A DNA stretch of 64,000 nucleotides, taken from NCBI GenBank assembly GCA_965228015.1, contig OZ245787.1, positions 1,377,536 through 1,441,535 of the forward strand, written 5' to 3'. Shown here piece after piece: positions 9,113 through 19,122 of the stretch (position 1 is its first letter; each line of letters starts with the position of its first letter). Source of the DNA: Peptococcia bacterium (GTDB lineage: Bacteria; Bacillota; Peptococcia; Peptococcales; SKKY01). Below the pieces are notes generated by a model that worked only from the letters and a program-made list of their open reading frames with translations, did not search any database and was not told the DNA's origin. The translations under genes were made by a program, and so were the position numbers.

Positions 9113-10586
9113 AATCCGCGGGGAGCATTTCGTTGAGGAATGGGTACAGGTTTGCGTCTGGGATGTAGGTTTCTATGCCTTCGAAGGTTACTTCCATTCC
9201 TCCTGAGGACATGTCGGCTCCTTCTGATGCTATAACCAGACCTGTGAAACTTGCTCCTCCGATTGTTACATATCCGTATGGTGCATAGATTACTCCGCTA
9301 AGATTAAGCCCTCCTCTTGATATAGTTATATCTCCTGCTAAATTGACTACTATAACATTGCTGATTGTCCCACCAATTGACTGAGTGTAATTTCCTGAGG
9401 TTACATATACTTTGGCGCCATTTGATAAAGGACCATTTAGCACATACCCATTATCAGCATACCACTGGGCATCTCTTGGTACTGGTACTTCATATTCTGG
9501 AACTGATTTTTGTGCTACTGCTACTGTTGTGACCATCTGTTCAAAGTGAGTTAGTGTGTATGATGCGGGGTGAGTAATTATTCCAAAATAATATACCATT
9601 GAGCCCGTTGTGAAACTGGGTGTCCAATTTACAGTTACATTTCCATTTACGTACATGTTTCCCTCTAAGGTTCCGTCCTTTATATACAAGTTACCATTAA
9701 CATAGACATCACCTTCAACTAATCCATTGGAGAAATTAAAATCCCCTTGAACATATACGTTACCATATATTTTTCCTGAGCCGGACATATTCAAATCACC
9801 ATTTACATAAACGTCTCCGTAAATGTCTGCCGCACCTGCCAATGTAACATTTCCATCTACTACTATTTCTCCTGGTTCTGTTATTGAACCAAGACTTCTG
9901 TTCCCATTTATATCTATATCCCCTGTAATATATAAATTAGAAACTCTTACTTTTGCATTTCCGTTAAGGTCACTGCTAGTGAGACTTGAGTCCACATAAA
10001 TTGTAGCTCCATCACCAGTTACTGTACCCCCACCCATTGCAAACCCTGCGCCAATTACAAATAAGTCTTCTTCTTCAAGGAGCTCATAAATAGCCTGCTC
10101 TTCTTCAGCCATAATATGCCAACGCCAGCGGGCTATTTTAAATTCATATATACTTTCTGTTCCTGTTTCTTCCATAATATATAACTTTACCTGAGCTAAA
10201 TCTTCTGTATCTGCCAGGTCATATATTTCTGCATTTGTTATTTCCGGGAAATTAATGTCTTTGCCTTCAAATCTTCTAACCACATGGTAAGTCCCATCTT
10301 CACCTTGAGCCCGGGTATAGATAATAGACTTGTCCAGATGTTTAACTGTAGAACGAAATCCCACAGGCTCGCCGAGATCTTTAACTACGATATCATAAGA
10401 TTCCCGAATATCTTCTTTGAGAAAATTGGCAATTGCTCTGACTTCGTTTCTTTCAAGGGAATTGCCTAGCTCATCTGTCACCAATTTATTATTTAAAAAT
10501 AAAACGGAGTGGGCGATAGCTCCAATAACTCCTATAATCAAAATTACTATGAGCATTTCAATTAAAGTTGTTCCTTTTTCATTCAT
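9111..10586 (-). CDS. Type IV pilin-like (PilW-type N-terminus) protein fused to a longer beta-helix domain, paralog A
   Basis: MNEKG-TTLIEMLIVILIIGVIG from ATG 10586 with a GGGGTGAG RBS. Tandem 16-17 aa repeats G[DN]VYVNG[DN]L. Confidence 0.75.
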   Translation of the reverse strand: MNEKGTTLIEMLIVILIIGVIGAIAHSVLFLNNKLVTDELGNSLERNEVRAIANFLKEDIRESYDIVVKDLGEPVGFRSTVKHLDKSIIYTRAQGEDGTYHVVRRFEGKDINFPEITNAEIYDLADTEDLAQVKLYIMEETGTESIYEFKIARWRWHIMAEEEQAIYELLEEEDLFVIGAGFAMGGGTVTGDGATIYVDSSLTSSDLNGNAKVRVSNLYITGDIDINGNRSLGSITEPGEIVVDGNVTLAGAADIYGDVYVNGDLNMSGSGKIYGNVYVQGDFNFSNGLVEGDVYVNGNLYIKDGTLEGNMYVNGNVTVNWTPSFTTGSMVYYFGIITHPASYTLTHFEQMVTTVAVAQKSVPEYEVPVPRDAQWYADNGYVLNGPLSNGAKVYVTSGNYTQSIGGTISNVIVVNLAGDITISRGGLNLSGVIYAPYGYVTIGGASFTGLVIASEGADMSSGGMEVTFEGIETYIPDANLYPFLNEMLPAD

Positions 10587-10587
10587 T

Positions 10588-11085
10588 TTACTCACCCCGT
10601 ATTCTGGTAATTGCCTTCCAGTCGGTAACATTTGGTGAATTAATAATTATTGTTAAATCAAAGGTGTGATTTAACCCATTGCTTGAGTTGATAATCAGCT
10701 TTGCATTGTAATCTATATTATTTGTATCTGCATAAGTCTTTAAAACAGTATTACCGCTTGCATCTGTAGCATCCTTTGTATAACCTAATGGTCCTGGAGT
10801 TGTTTCATCTGTTGCTAATTGTGTTTTCAGATGGGCAACCGTATTCCAGTTTACACCTGAGTCAGAATTTCCCCGGAAAGATTTAATTTCATCTATTGCC
10901 GAGGTTGCAATGGCCACGACTTCAAGACGTTCCCGGCTTACGCTCCTTGCTTTCAATGAAGAAAAGGAAATTTGGGCAAACATGGCACTTAGAATTCCAA
11001 GTATTGCAATTGCAACTATCACTTCCGCCAAGCTGTATCCTTTATTATTTTTTATAATGCTATTCTTACCCCTGCAAAAATTCAT
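10588..11085 (-). CDS. PilV-like minor pilin with prepilin cleavage/methylation motif
   Basis: KG-YSLAEVIVAIAILGIL. ATG 11085 is preceded by AAGGAG. Confidence 0.78.
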   Translation of the reverse strand: MNFCRGKNSIIKNNKGYSLAEVIVAIAILGILSAMFAQISFSSLKARSVSRERLEVVAIATSAIDEIKSFRGNSDSGVNWNTVAHLKTQLATDETTPGPLGYTKDATDASGNTVLKTYADTNNIDYNAKLIINSSNGLNHTFDLTIIINSPNVTDWKAITRIRGE

Positions 11086-11170
11086 TGTGATACTCCTTCT
11101 TTTATAAGGTAAAAAACGGTAAGAAAAGACAATCTTTTTCCTGCCGGTATATTTTGCCAAATTATTAAAT

Positions 11171-11818
11171 TTAAGATAAGTTTTTCTGGAAAGGAATAAT
11201 TTTCTCGGACAAAAGATACATTTCCTGATAAAGTCTTCCCCAGAAGCACAGCCCCCTTTGCCAGCTTCCTCTCAAATAAACCTTTTCGTCCATAGAAAGT
11301 TCTTGGCCAGACTTGATTTTTTTCTCAATTGCGTCAATTTCCTCGTGGTCATTTATTACAGTATCTAAAAATACATAAACGCTCCTCATTTCCTCTTCAG
11401 AAAGAACGTTTTGAAATTCCAGCTCAATTAATTTGTTGGTCAGCCAGTATGTGGCAATTGTTTTTGCAAGAACCATAACATTTTTATAATTAAAAATCAG
11501 ACAATTTGAATTTACAAAATCTCTGATTTGTTTAATATTATTTAAGGCTATTTCTTTAATCATTTCCTGATCTTCCGCAAAAACTTCTCCGCTTATAATA
11601 GAAGATTTTAGTTTCTCAGTAGTAATAGTTAATTTTTCCTGAAACTTTTCATCATCTTCTTGGAGATATTGTTTCATTTCCTCCACAGCAAAAGCTGTAC
11701 TGCTTGCGGACACTATCCAAAAAAATCCTTCCGAGGAAAACAGTTCAGGATTTATATTGTGAAGATCATTATCAGAGAAATCAATTAACTGATTATATCT
11801 TATTTTCAATTGGGCCAC
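11171..11818 (-). CDS. Hypothetical protein, about 215 aa
   Basis: Long open frame. A GTG at 11818 follows AAGGAA with a TATAAT upstream. The longer 11941 start would overlap the Gx gene. No motif recognised. Confidence 0.55.
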   Translation of the reverse strand: MAQLKIRYNQLIDFSDNDLHNINPELFSSEGFFWIVSASSTAFAVEEMKQYLQEDDEKFQEKLTITTEKLKSSIISGEVFAEDQEMIKEIALNNIKQIRDFVNSNCLIFNYKNVMVLAKTIATYWLTNKLIELEFQNVLSEEEMRSVYVFLDTVINDHEEIDAIEKKIKSGQELSMDEKVYLRGSWQRGLCFWGRLYQEMYLLSEKIIPFQKNLS

Positions 11819-11900
11819 TTCCTTTATTTGAGTTATGTAAAAATTATACCCAAATCTTCCATTTATTAAACAAGATTCAGCAAATATTATAGCAATTGAA

Positions 11901-12408
11901 TTAACAGGAAACGTAAACCCGATTAAAAGAATAGAAACCAATCGTATCTATAAAAAGTCCCATTATAACTCCTGAAACAGTTAGTATTGGCATATAGCTA
12001 AAAATCCGGAAATTTTCCATTATAATTGCTGCTGCCAAAAGCTGACCAGCATTATGAGCTATTCCACCGACAACGCTGATACTTTAAATACTAATAACAT
12101 CCTTGCCGTATTTATAAAGAATAGACATCAGGGCTCCGCTTAGTAAACCTCCAGTAAGGCTGAAAAATTAAACTGCCCAAACTTCCCGCGAAGAGACTTA
12201 CCAAAAAACTACGCAAGATTATTATAATTATTGTATCTTTAAAACCTAAAAAATATACTCCGTACAAGGTTGTAATATTTGCCAAACCAAGTTTTACACC
12301 GGGAATTGGTACCGGGGCAGGAATGTAACTTTCCAATATACGCAAAGAAAGAGCCAGGGAGATTAAAATTGCAGTCCTAGCAATTTTACTGGGTTTAATT
12401 ATTCCCAC
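11901..12408 (-). pseudogene. Gx transporter (heptaprenyl diphosphate synthase component I-like) membrane protein, disrupted
   Basis: LESYIPAPVPIPGVKLGLANI motif. Frameshift near 12160, then an in-frame TAA before ISVVGGIAHNAGQL. Confidence 0.82.
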
Positions 12409-12766
12409 CTCCTGATTCTTCTATATAAATAGCAGTTTTATAAGGCAGACAGATTATGCTCTCACCAATCTTAGATATTTCTCCAGTTTTAACACATATC
12501 TGATTTGGGCAGGTTGAGCTTTCCATAAAAATTTTTCCTCTTTCTGCAACAACATGAAAGGATCTGTTCTCATCAAAATTAAAATGAAATTCTTCTTTTT
12601 TCATATCCAGGGATAATTTTATTTTTTTAACAACCTGTCCATCTACTTCAATTAATGCTTCCTTGCTGTCAGAGCTATCTTTATTAATAATTGATGCTAT
12701 TGTAAAAATGGAAAGGAAGACCAAAAGAATAAATATAATATATTTGTCACCTTTTTTTAATTTCAT
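12395..12766 (-). CDS. NusG domain II-containing membrane-anchored protein
   Basis: MKLKKGDKYII signal anchor and STCPNQICVKTGEISKIGESIICLP three-Cys motif. Canonical neighbour of ApbE and Gx genes. Confidence 0.88.
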   Translation of the reverse strand: MKLKKGDKYIIFILLVFLSIFTIASIINKDSSDSKEALIEVDGQVVKKIKLSLDMKKEEFHFNFDENRSFHVVAERGKIFMESSTCPNQICVKTGEISKIGESIICLPYKTAIYIEESGGGNN

Positions 12767-13761
12767 ATTTGCCTCTTTTTACTAGCTGGAACTCTTGTTC
12801 AGAAATTCCGGAAGTCAAAAATATTTCATTATTTTTTGTAACAAAAACTCCTTCTGCTCCTTCATAATCTTCTAAAAGTTTTATTCCCTTATCAAGTCCA
12901 AGGGTAAAAGCAGCTGTGGAAAGAGCATCTCCGTCCAGGGATTTATCTGATATTACCGAAACGCTTAATAGTTCATTTTCCACAGGGTAGCCGGTTTCTG
13001 TATCAAAAATATGATGATATATTTTTCCCTTTTCTTTAAAATATCTTTCATGTATTCCCGATGTAACCAGTGACTGATTTTTTAAACTTGCTATCCCCAG
13101 AAAATCGCCCCTTTTCATAAAAGGATCTTGAATGCCAAACTTCCAAACATTTTCTCCAATGGCATATACACCCCCCAAGATTCAGGATGGCGGTATATAT
13201 TTCATTATTTTTTAATATTATTACCGCTCTGTCTGCTGCATATCCTTTTGCTATAGCTCCAAAATCAGCAAACATTTCTTCATTTTCTATATGTATTATT
13301 CCGGGACTAATTGTTTTAATTTTATTATAGTCAACTAAGGAAATGCATCTTTCCATTTCTTCTTTTTGAGGAATTTTATTCTCTTCTCCAGGGGAAATAT
13401 TCCAGAGCTTTGTCAAAGGGCCAACAGTAATATCAAAGGCTCCCTGAGTAATTTCTGAAAAATACATAGACTTCTCTAAAAGATACACCTCTTCTTCATC
13501 CAGATAAACAAGTTCGCCTCCTCTTATCATCCCTGCAGTAAAATTATTTTCAATGCTTTTAATTTCATTAAATACTTCTTTAAAAACTTTATCTGTATTA
13601 TCTTTATTTAATTCATTTTCATCCCCATATAAAATTACTTCTACAACAGTACCCATATGGAATTCAGTTTTTCTTACTTTTTCATTTTTTTCATCGGTAC
13701 TGCATCCAAATAAAATTAATGAAACTATTAATAATGTAACTGCCAAAATTTTATTATTCAT
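12747..13761 (-). pseudogene. apbE: FAD:protein FMN transferase ApbE lipoprotein, frameshifted
   Basis: Lipobox LFGC, MGTVV, GAFDITVGPL, DFGAIAKGYAAD, TSGIHERYF, YHHIFD and ADALSTA-like motifs. Frame break at a G6 run near 13172-13177. Confidence 0.9.
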
Positions 13762-13773
13762 ATTAATTTCCTT

Positions 13774-14558
13774 TTATACTGCTCTTACGGAGCACAAGGG
13801 AGACACCAAAGGAATTCCCCTTTTATCATAATTTACCTCTGCTTTGACACCATATACTTTTTCCAGCATTTCTTCTGTTATAACTTCATGGATTAAACCT
13901 GAACTAAAAGGCTGACCATTCTCATCAATAATTACAACATGATCTGCGTAACGACAGGCAAGATTAATATCATGGAGAATCAAAATTATATCCACCTTTT
14001 CTTTTTCTTTGACTTTTTCCAATAACTGGCAAAGCTCCAGCTGTTTTTGAAGGTCAAGAGAATTGACTGGTTCATCCATTAGTATTAGTTTTGGTGTTCT
14101 GACCAAGGTTTGAGCAATAAATACAAGCTTTTTTGTCCACCACTAAGTTCATCAAAATTTCTAAAAGCAAGGTCTTTTATATTTAATGTGTCCAATATAT
14201 TCATTACCAGATCAACATCTTCATCAGACATTTTATACCCCAAATCAGGTAGACGTCTCAACATTACCATTTCAAAAATAGTAAGAGTTGAAGTATCTAA
14301 ATCCATTTGAGGAAGATAAGACATAAACTTTATCTTCTCTTCCAGTTTCATGTTTGCAAGACTTTTATCTTTATAAAAAATTTCTCCTTCATGTTTTAAA
14401 AGGCCAAAGATAGACTTTATTAATGTGGATTTCCCTGCCCTATTTGGTCCAAGAATTACATTAAGACCTTCTTTGAATTCAACATTTAAATTTTTGAAAA
14501 CATGATGACATTTGCCTCTTTTTTTATAAGCAAAGGATAAATCTCTTACTTTTAACAT
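13774..14558 (-). pseudogene. ABC transporter ATP-binding subunit (FecE/BtuD-like), frameshifted
   Basis: Degenerate Walker A GPNRAGKST, LSGGQK, MDEP and LHDINLA split over two frames at about 14110. Confidence 0.85.
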
Positions 14559-15589
14559 TACATTGTCCTTATTTTCGTAAAGATTTTTGTTACAAAAAAC
14601 GGAATTCCTATAACTGCTGTTACCAGACCAATTGGAAGTATTACTCCAGGAATAATAATTTTACTTACTAAAAAGGCAAAAGAGAGCACAAAAGCTCCCA
14701 CTAATCCTGATAAGGGCATGAAAAATCGTTGGTCTTCTCCTGTTAATTGCCGGGCAACGTGGGGAGCAATAAGGCCTACAAAGCCTATTGTTCCCCACAA
14801 AACTTACTGCAACAGCTGAAAGGAGAGAAGAAATCAATATAGCTAATCTTCTTACTTTACCCGTATCAACCCCAATGCTTTTAGCTTTTGAATCATCAAG
14901 GGTCATTGCTGTTAATTTCCAGGCATTTTTAAATAAAATAAGAAAACATACTACCAAAACAAATAAAACGATATAAAATTTACTCCAGGTAATTTTTAAC
15001 AAACTTCCGAAATTCCAGAAAATTAAACTCTGGAGCTGATCCTCATCGGCAATATACTGTAATATCATTGTTAATGCATTGAATAGGAAATTTAGAGCAA
15101 TACCAAATAAAATAATTGCAGTTTTCCCGATTTATTTTTGAAGGAAAAACAAATATATAGCACCAGCAACAATTAAAGCAAAAACAAAAGCATTTACAGT
15201 TACCACCAAAGTTTCAGAAACTTTAAAAATACTGGCATTAAGAATTAACCCTAAGGCCGCCCCAAAAGAGGCTGCAGCAGAGATGCCAAGGGTATAAGGG
15301 CTTGCAATAGGATTTCTGAGGATAGTCTGTATTTCACAGCCACCTATCCCCAGAGCTGCTCCTACCACAATCGCCATCAGGGCCATTGGCAGTCTGATGT
15401 CTTTTATAATAAGGGGAGTATTATTATCACCTTCATTAAATATGAGAACTTTTAATATTTCCTTTATTAATATTGATGATGAACCTGTAGATATGTTAAA
15501 CAAAAACAATAGCACAAGGGCTGCCAAGAATATGGAAATAATTATTATTCTGTTTTTATTAATTTATTGTAAGAATCCCTATTGGACAT
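14558..15589 (-). pseudogene. FecCD/BtuC-family permease, multiple frameshifts
   Basis: IRLP, RNPIASPYTLGISAAA and GTIGFVGLIAPHVAR motifs spread over at least three frames. Confidence 0.85.
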
Positions 15590-17107
15590 TACTTGTATCT
15601 ACCTTCGTAAACCATGTTATAATATCTGTATCTAACAGCATATATCTATCAAAAAGCTCTTGTAATACAGCTTCTAGATCAAGGTTTGTAAACTCTTCAG
15701 GATAAAATAACTTTGCCATTTTTAAAGTTGGATAAAATGCATATATTGATCTGCTTGTTGAATGGGCAAATTCATAAACATTTCCATTTTTCACAGCTTG
15801 AAGATTTGACCATCTATTACGATTTAGAATATCAAAGCTTGGTTCTTTTTTCTCTCTTAGAATGTCAAGCCAACCATCATTTACACCACTTAAAATTACA
15901 AATTCAGGATTTTTCTCTAAAACATATTTCGGATCAAGGGTGTTGCTTGCTCCCCCAGACGCTGCAATATTTAAAAGAACTTCATCTGCAATATTTTTTC
16001 CTCCAGCCACTTTTACTGGAAGACCCCATCCACTCTTGCTAGTTGCTGTTGAATCAAATACTTGCGAGTAACCAGATTTTTCATAATAAACAGTAGGAAT
16101 GTTTTCTTTTTTATTTAGGATTTTAGATGCAATTAGTTTAAATTGGTCATCTATAAAAGCTGATGCTTCATTTGCTTTCTCTTCTTCTTGGAAAATTTTT
16201 CCAAGTATCTTCATTGTATCTGTTACAGATGTTTCAAGTTTTTTCCGGGGACATCTACTAAAATAATTTTAATTCCAGCACTTTCCAAAACATTTTCAAC
16301 TTCAAGAGCATATTTATGAGCTCCCATAGCTGAGTTTGCAACAAGAACTTCCGGTTGCATAGCTAGTGGCATTTCCAAATCGAAAGGAGCATTATGATCA
16401 GAAATCTGGCCAACATGTTCCATATAATTACCAACAACTGGTGTGTATAACTCTGCATACTTATTTAAACCATGACCGCCATCTTGCCCGGAGCCAACTA
16501 ACATGTTAAAAGCATCTTCACCTTTTAACGGGATAATATATTCAAAAACATCCATCGTACTAACTGCATAGGTTGATAAAGGCAACGGGATCTCTACTTC
16601 TCTACCTTTAGCATCAGTTATTATTACTGAGCTGGATTTTTCTGCTTTTTCTGGCATTTTATTACTATCTATTGAAGGAAGAGGATAATCTTCAGCCAGT
16701 CCAATATTTTCTTTAGACCAACCAAAATCAAGCAAATCTCCTCCAGCTTTTTCTATTGATGTGGCAACAGAATTTAATATCCCTGCCATTGTGATGGAAG
16801 CACCTGAAACACCATCTACATCAAGAGATTGCTTTTCGATAATTAACTCCGGCAGCTTTTCAATTGCTACAGTACCTACCCCATCTGTTTCTGAGTGATC
16901 ACCAATAATTACATCAACAATTTTTCCATCTTTATCTACCTTAGTTGTAACTTCAATTTTTCCATGATAACCATCAACAGTTTCTGTATATATACCTTCC
17001 TTAAGAGTTTTATCCTGCTTATCAGCACAACCTGCTAATACAAAAACAAGGGATAATGACAAAAATAACAGCAGCGCAACCTTACAAAAATTTCTAGTCT
17101 TTTTCAA
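15579..17107 (-). pseudogene. Lipoprotein: FMN-binding (flavinylation) domain fused to a Fe-siderophore/cobalamin-type solute-binding domain, single frameshift
   Basis: Lipobox LAGC. GYHGKIEV..SET..DVDGVSGASIT matches the FMN_bind [ST]GA[ST] motif (16796-16807). The rest is a type III SBP. One A is missing in the run at 16239-16244; restoring it gives about 509 aa. Confidence 0.82.
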
Positions 17108-17136
17108 TTCAATCTTCTCCTTTTTTATTCAGTTTT

Positions 17137-17983
17137 TTATACTTTCCAAATGATGTGTCCCGTAACCGCAACACTCTCTTCGTTAATCATTCCATCTTCA
17201 GCAATTTTTTCTAAATATCTTTTGATTTCATTTTTATCTTCATTACTAAGCTGATTTTTAATCGAAAGCTTATTTGTATAGCTTTCAAAAACTTCATTTA
17301 AAGGCTGTGAACTTTTCCAATTTCTTTCGTTATAACTTACCTCTGGATAATAGCCCATATTCCAGAGGATATTAAAAGCATAATAAATTTTATCTTCGAG
17401 AATCCCTGTTTTGCCTTCCTCTTTATTAATCAGATTAAATAATGCATCTTCAACCTTGGATTCCCGTTTGACCCAAGCACTTAAGTAGCAATAACCAGAG
17501 GAAGCATCACACATTTTTTTAATGTTTCATAATTATGTATCGCTGGAGACATAGATGCGAAAACCAAGTCAAACTTTTTATCCCATTGTTTTTCTTCAAG
17601 ATTAATATCTACCCAGTTAACTTTCATTGGATGAACATTTTCCAGACCAAGTTTTGTGGCTTTATCTTGCAAAATTTTAAGCATATTTTCAGAAATATCC
17701 ATGGAAAATACTTCTTGGCGCTTTTCCGCCATTGGAATTGAGTGGGTTCCTGGACCGCAGCCAATATCTAAAAACCTTGGCTTTGTGGTGCAAAATGTTT
17801 CTTTCCGTCATAGATTCAATTAAAATGCTTGTTTTTTCTCCTTGTCCTTTAAATTTTGATTAAAAGAGTCCGCGCGTCCATTCCAAAACTCTTCACATGC
17901 TGTAAAATCCATATCACAGTAGCTCCAAAGATTTTTCCAATATTCCAGTTTATTTTTGTCTTCTTATTTCTTTAATAAATCAC
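17137..17983 (-). pseudogene. Class I SAM-dependent methyltransferase, fragmented
   Basis: Motif I LDIGCGPGTHSIPMA, DISENML and FDLVFASMSPAI occur across several frames. The start is approximate. Confidence 0.8.
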
Positions 17984-18024
17984 TACCTTTCCTTTTATAC
18001 ATTTCATGATAAAAATTTTTATAT

Positions 18025-18064
18025 AAAAAAAGGCCCCAGATTTTTAATAAAATCCAAGAGACCT
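18025..18064 (-). terminator. Riboswitch expression-platform terminator
   Basis: On the minus strand, GGTCTCTTGGATTTT-ATT-AAAAATCTGGGGCC followed by T7, upstream of the methyltransferase. Confidence 0.65.
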
Positions 18065-18144
18065 TCCTATTTTTAAGTCTTCATGATTAAGCATCCAAAA
18101 CCGATGCTTTAATGACTAATAATTATCCCATTATTGTCATAGAT

Positions 18145-18320
18145 TTCCTCTAAGGCAGGTCTCCTGGCTCACGGGTCATTCTCCCCTCAACCTTCCCAGA
18201 ACAATTAATGTTCCAGTGGTATACTGAGGTTCGTCTTCGCATACAGTGGTGGGTCCGCGTCGTTTTTAACGATCTCCCTTATTCTCCTCAAATAATTTTG
18301 AGGCACCTTAAATTCCGAAA
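18145..18320 (-). ncRNA. Cobalamin (B12) riboswitch
   Basis: The minus strand has AAGGTGC..AATAAGGGA..CGGACCCACCACTGT..CCACTG..GGGAAGG..GAGCCAGGAGACCTGCC, i.e. the conserved core elements and B12 box. Confidence 0.92.
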
Positions 18321-18469
18321 AATATTAAGTTGTATTTTGGTGTTGAAGTTATTCTAGCACAACTTTTTTTAATGCAAATTATTTGCAAATTCCAAAAATA
18401 TTTTAAGTTTTAACACTTTGCCTTGAGGGTATAATTAAATAAGCACAAGATAAGAAGGAGGAAAGCATT

Positions 18470-19006
18470 ATGAAAGTTAATTTAAAAGGGAAAAATGTTC
18501 AGATTACAGATGGTATTAAAGATTACGCTGAAAAAAGATTCCAAAGACTGGAAAAATATTTCGAAAAGGATTTTGAGGTTAATGCTACAATGTCCGTTGA
18601 AAAAGATTTGCATAAAATAGATGTTGTTTTACCATTATCAGGCTTCGTTATTAAAGGTGAAGATAAAACCAGAGATATGTACAACACTATCGATAACGTA
18701 ATTGATAAACTCGAAAGACAAATCAGAAAATATAAAACAAGAATTAATCGGAAAGGTAAGCAAGTTGATCCAAAAGATGAATTCATTCCAGCTGTTGAAA
18801 CAACAGAACTTGAAATGGATATTCCTGAAATAGTAAAAACTAAAAGATTTGCAGTTAAGCCAATGAGTAAAGAAGAGGCTGTTCTTCAAATGGGTCTATT
18901 GGATCACAGTTTCTTCGTTTTCCTAAATGCAGATACTGAAGAAGTAAACGTTATTTACAGAAGAAATGATGGCCAGTACGGTTTAATCGAGCCAGATTTT
19001 AATTAA
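18470..19006 (+). CDS. hpf: Ribosome hibernation promoting factor (long HPF)
   Basis: ITDGIKDYAEKRFQRL, DMYNTID..KLERQIRKYK and the C-terminal KPMSKEEAVLQM..H.FFVF.N domain. Confidence 0.95.
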   Translation: MKVNLKGKNVQITDGIKDYAEKRFQRLEKYFEKDFEVNATMSVEKDLHKIDVVLPLSGFVIKGEDKTRDMYNTIDNVIDKLERQIRKYKTRINRKGKQVDPKDEFIPAVETTELEMDIPEIVKTKRFAVKPMSKEEAVLQMGLLDHSFFVFLNADTEEVNVIYRRNDGQYGLIEPDFN

Positions 19007-19122
19007 AAAACTATAATTAAATAAAAATAAAAAAAGTTTCCCTTTTCTTTACCGATGTGTTATAATTTTTCTTGTAGAAGTTTAGAGCTTTTATTAGATT
19101 ATTTAAAGGTAGGTTTTTTAAG

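Noticed and set aside
7226-10586. Diversity-generating retroelement or shufflon acting on the pilin paralogs
   Set aside because: No reverse transcriptase or invertase, no template/variable repeat pair differing at adenines, and no sfx-like repeats. The paralogs are broadly diverged.
11086-11170. c-di-GMP riboswitch upstream of the pilin cassette (GGCAAAA seed)
   Set aside because: Lacks the GAAA tetraloop/receptor stems and the downstream GCAAA element, and the space is too short.
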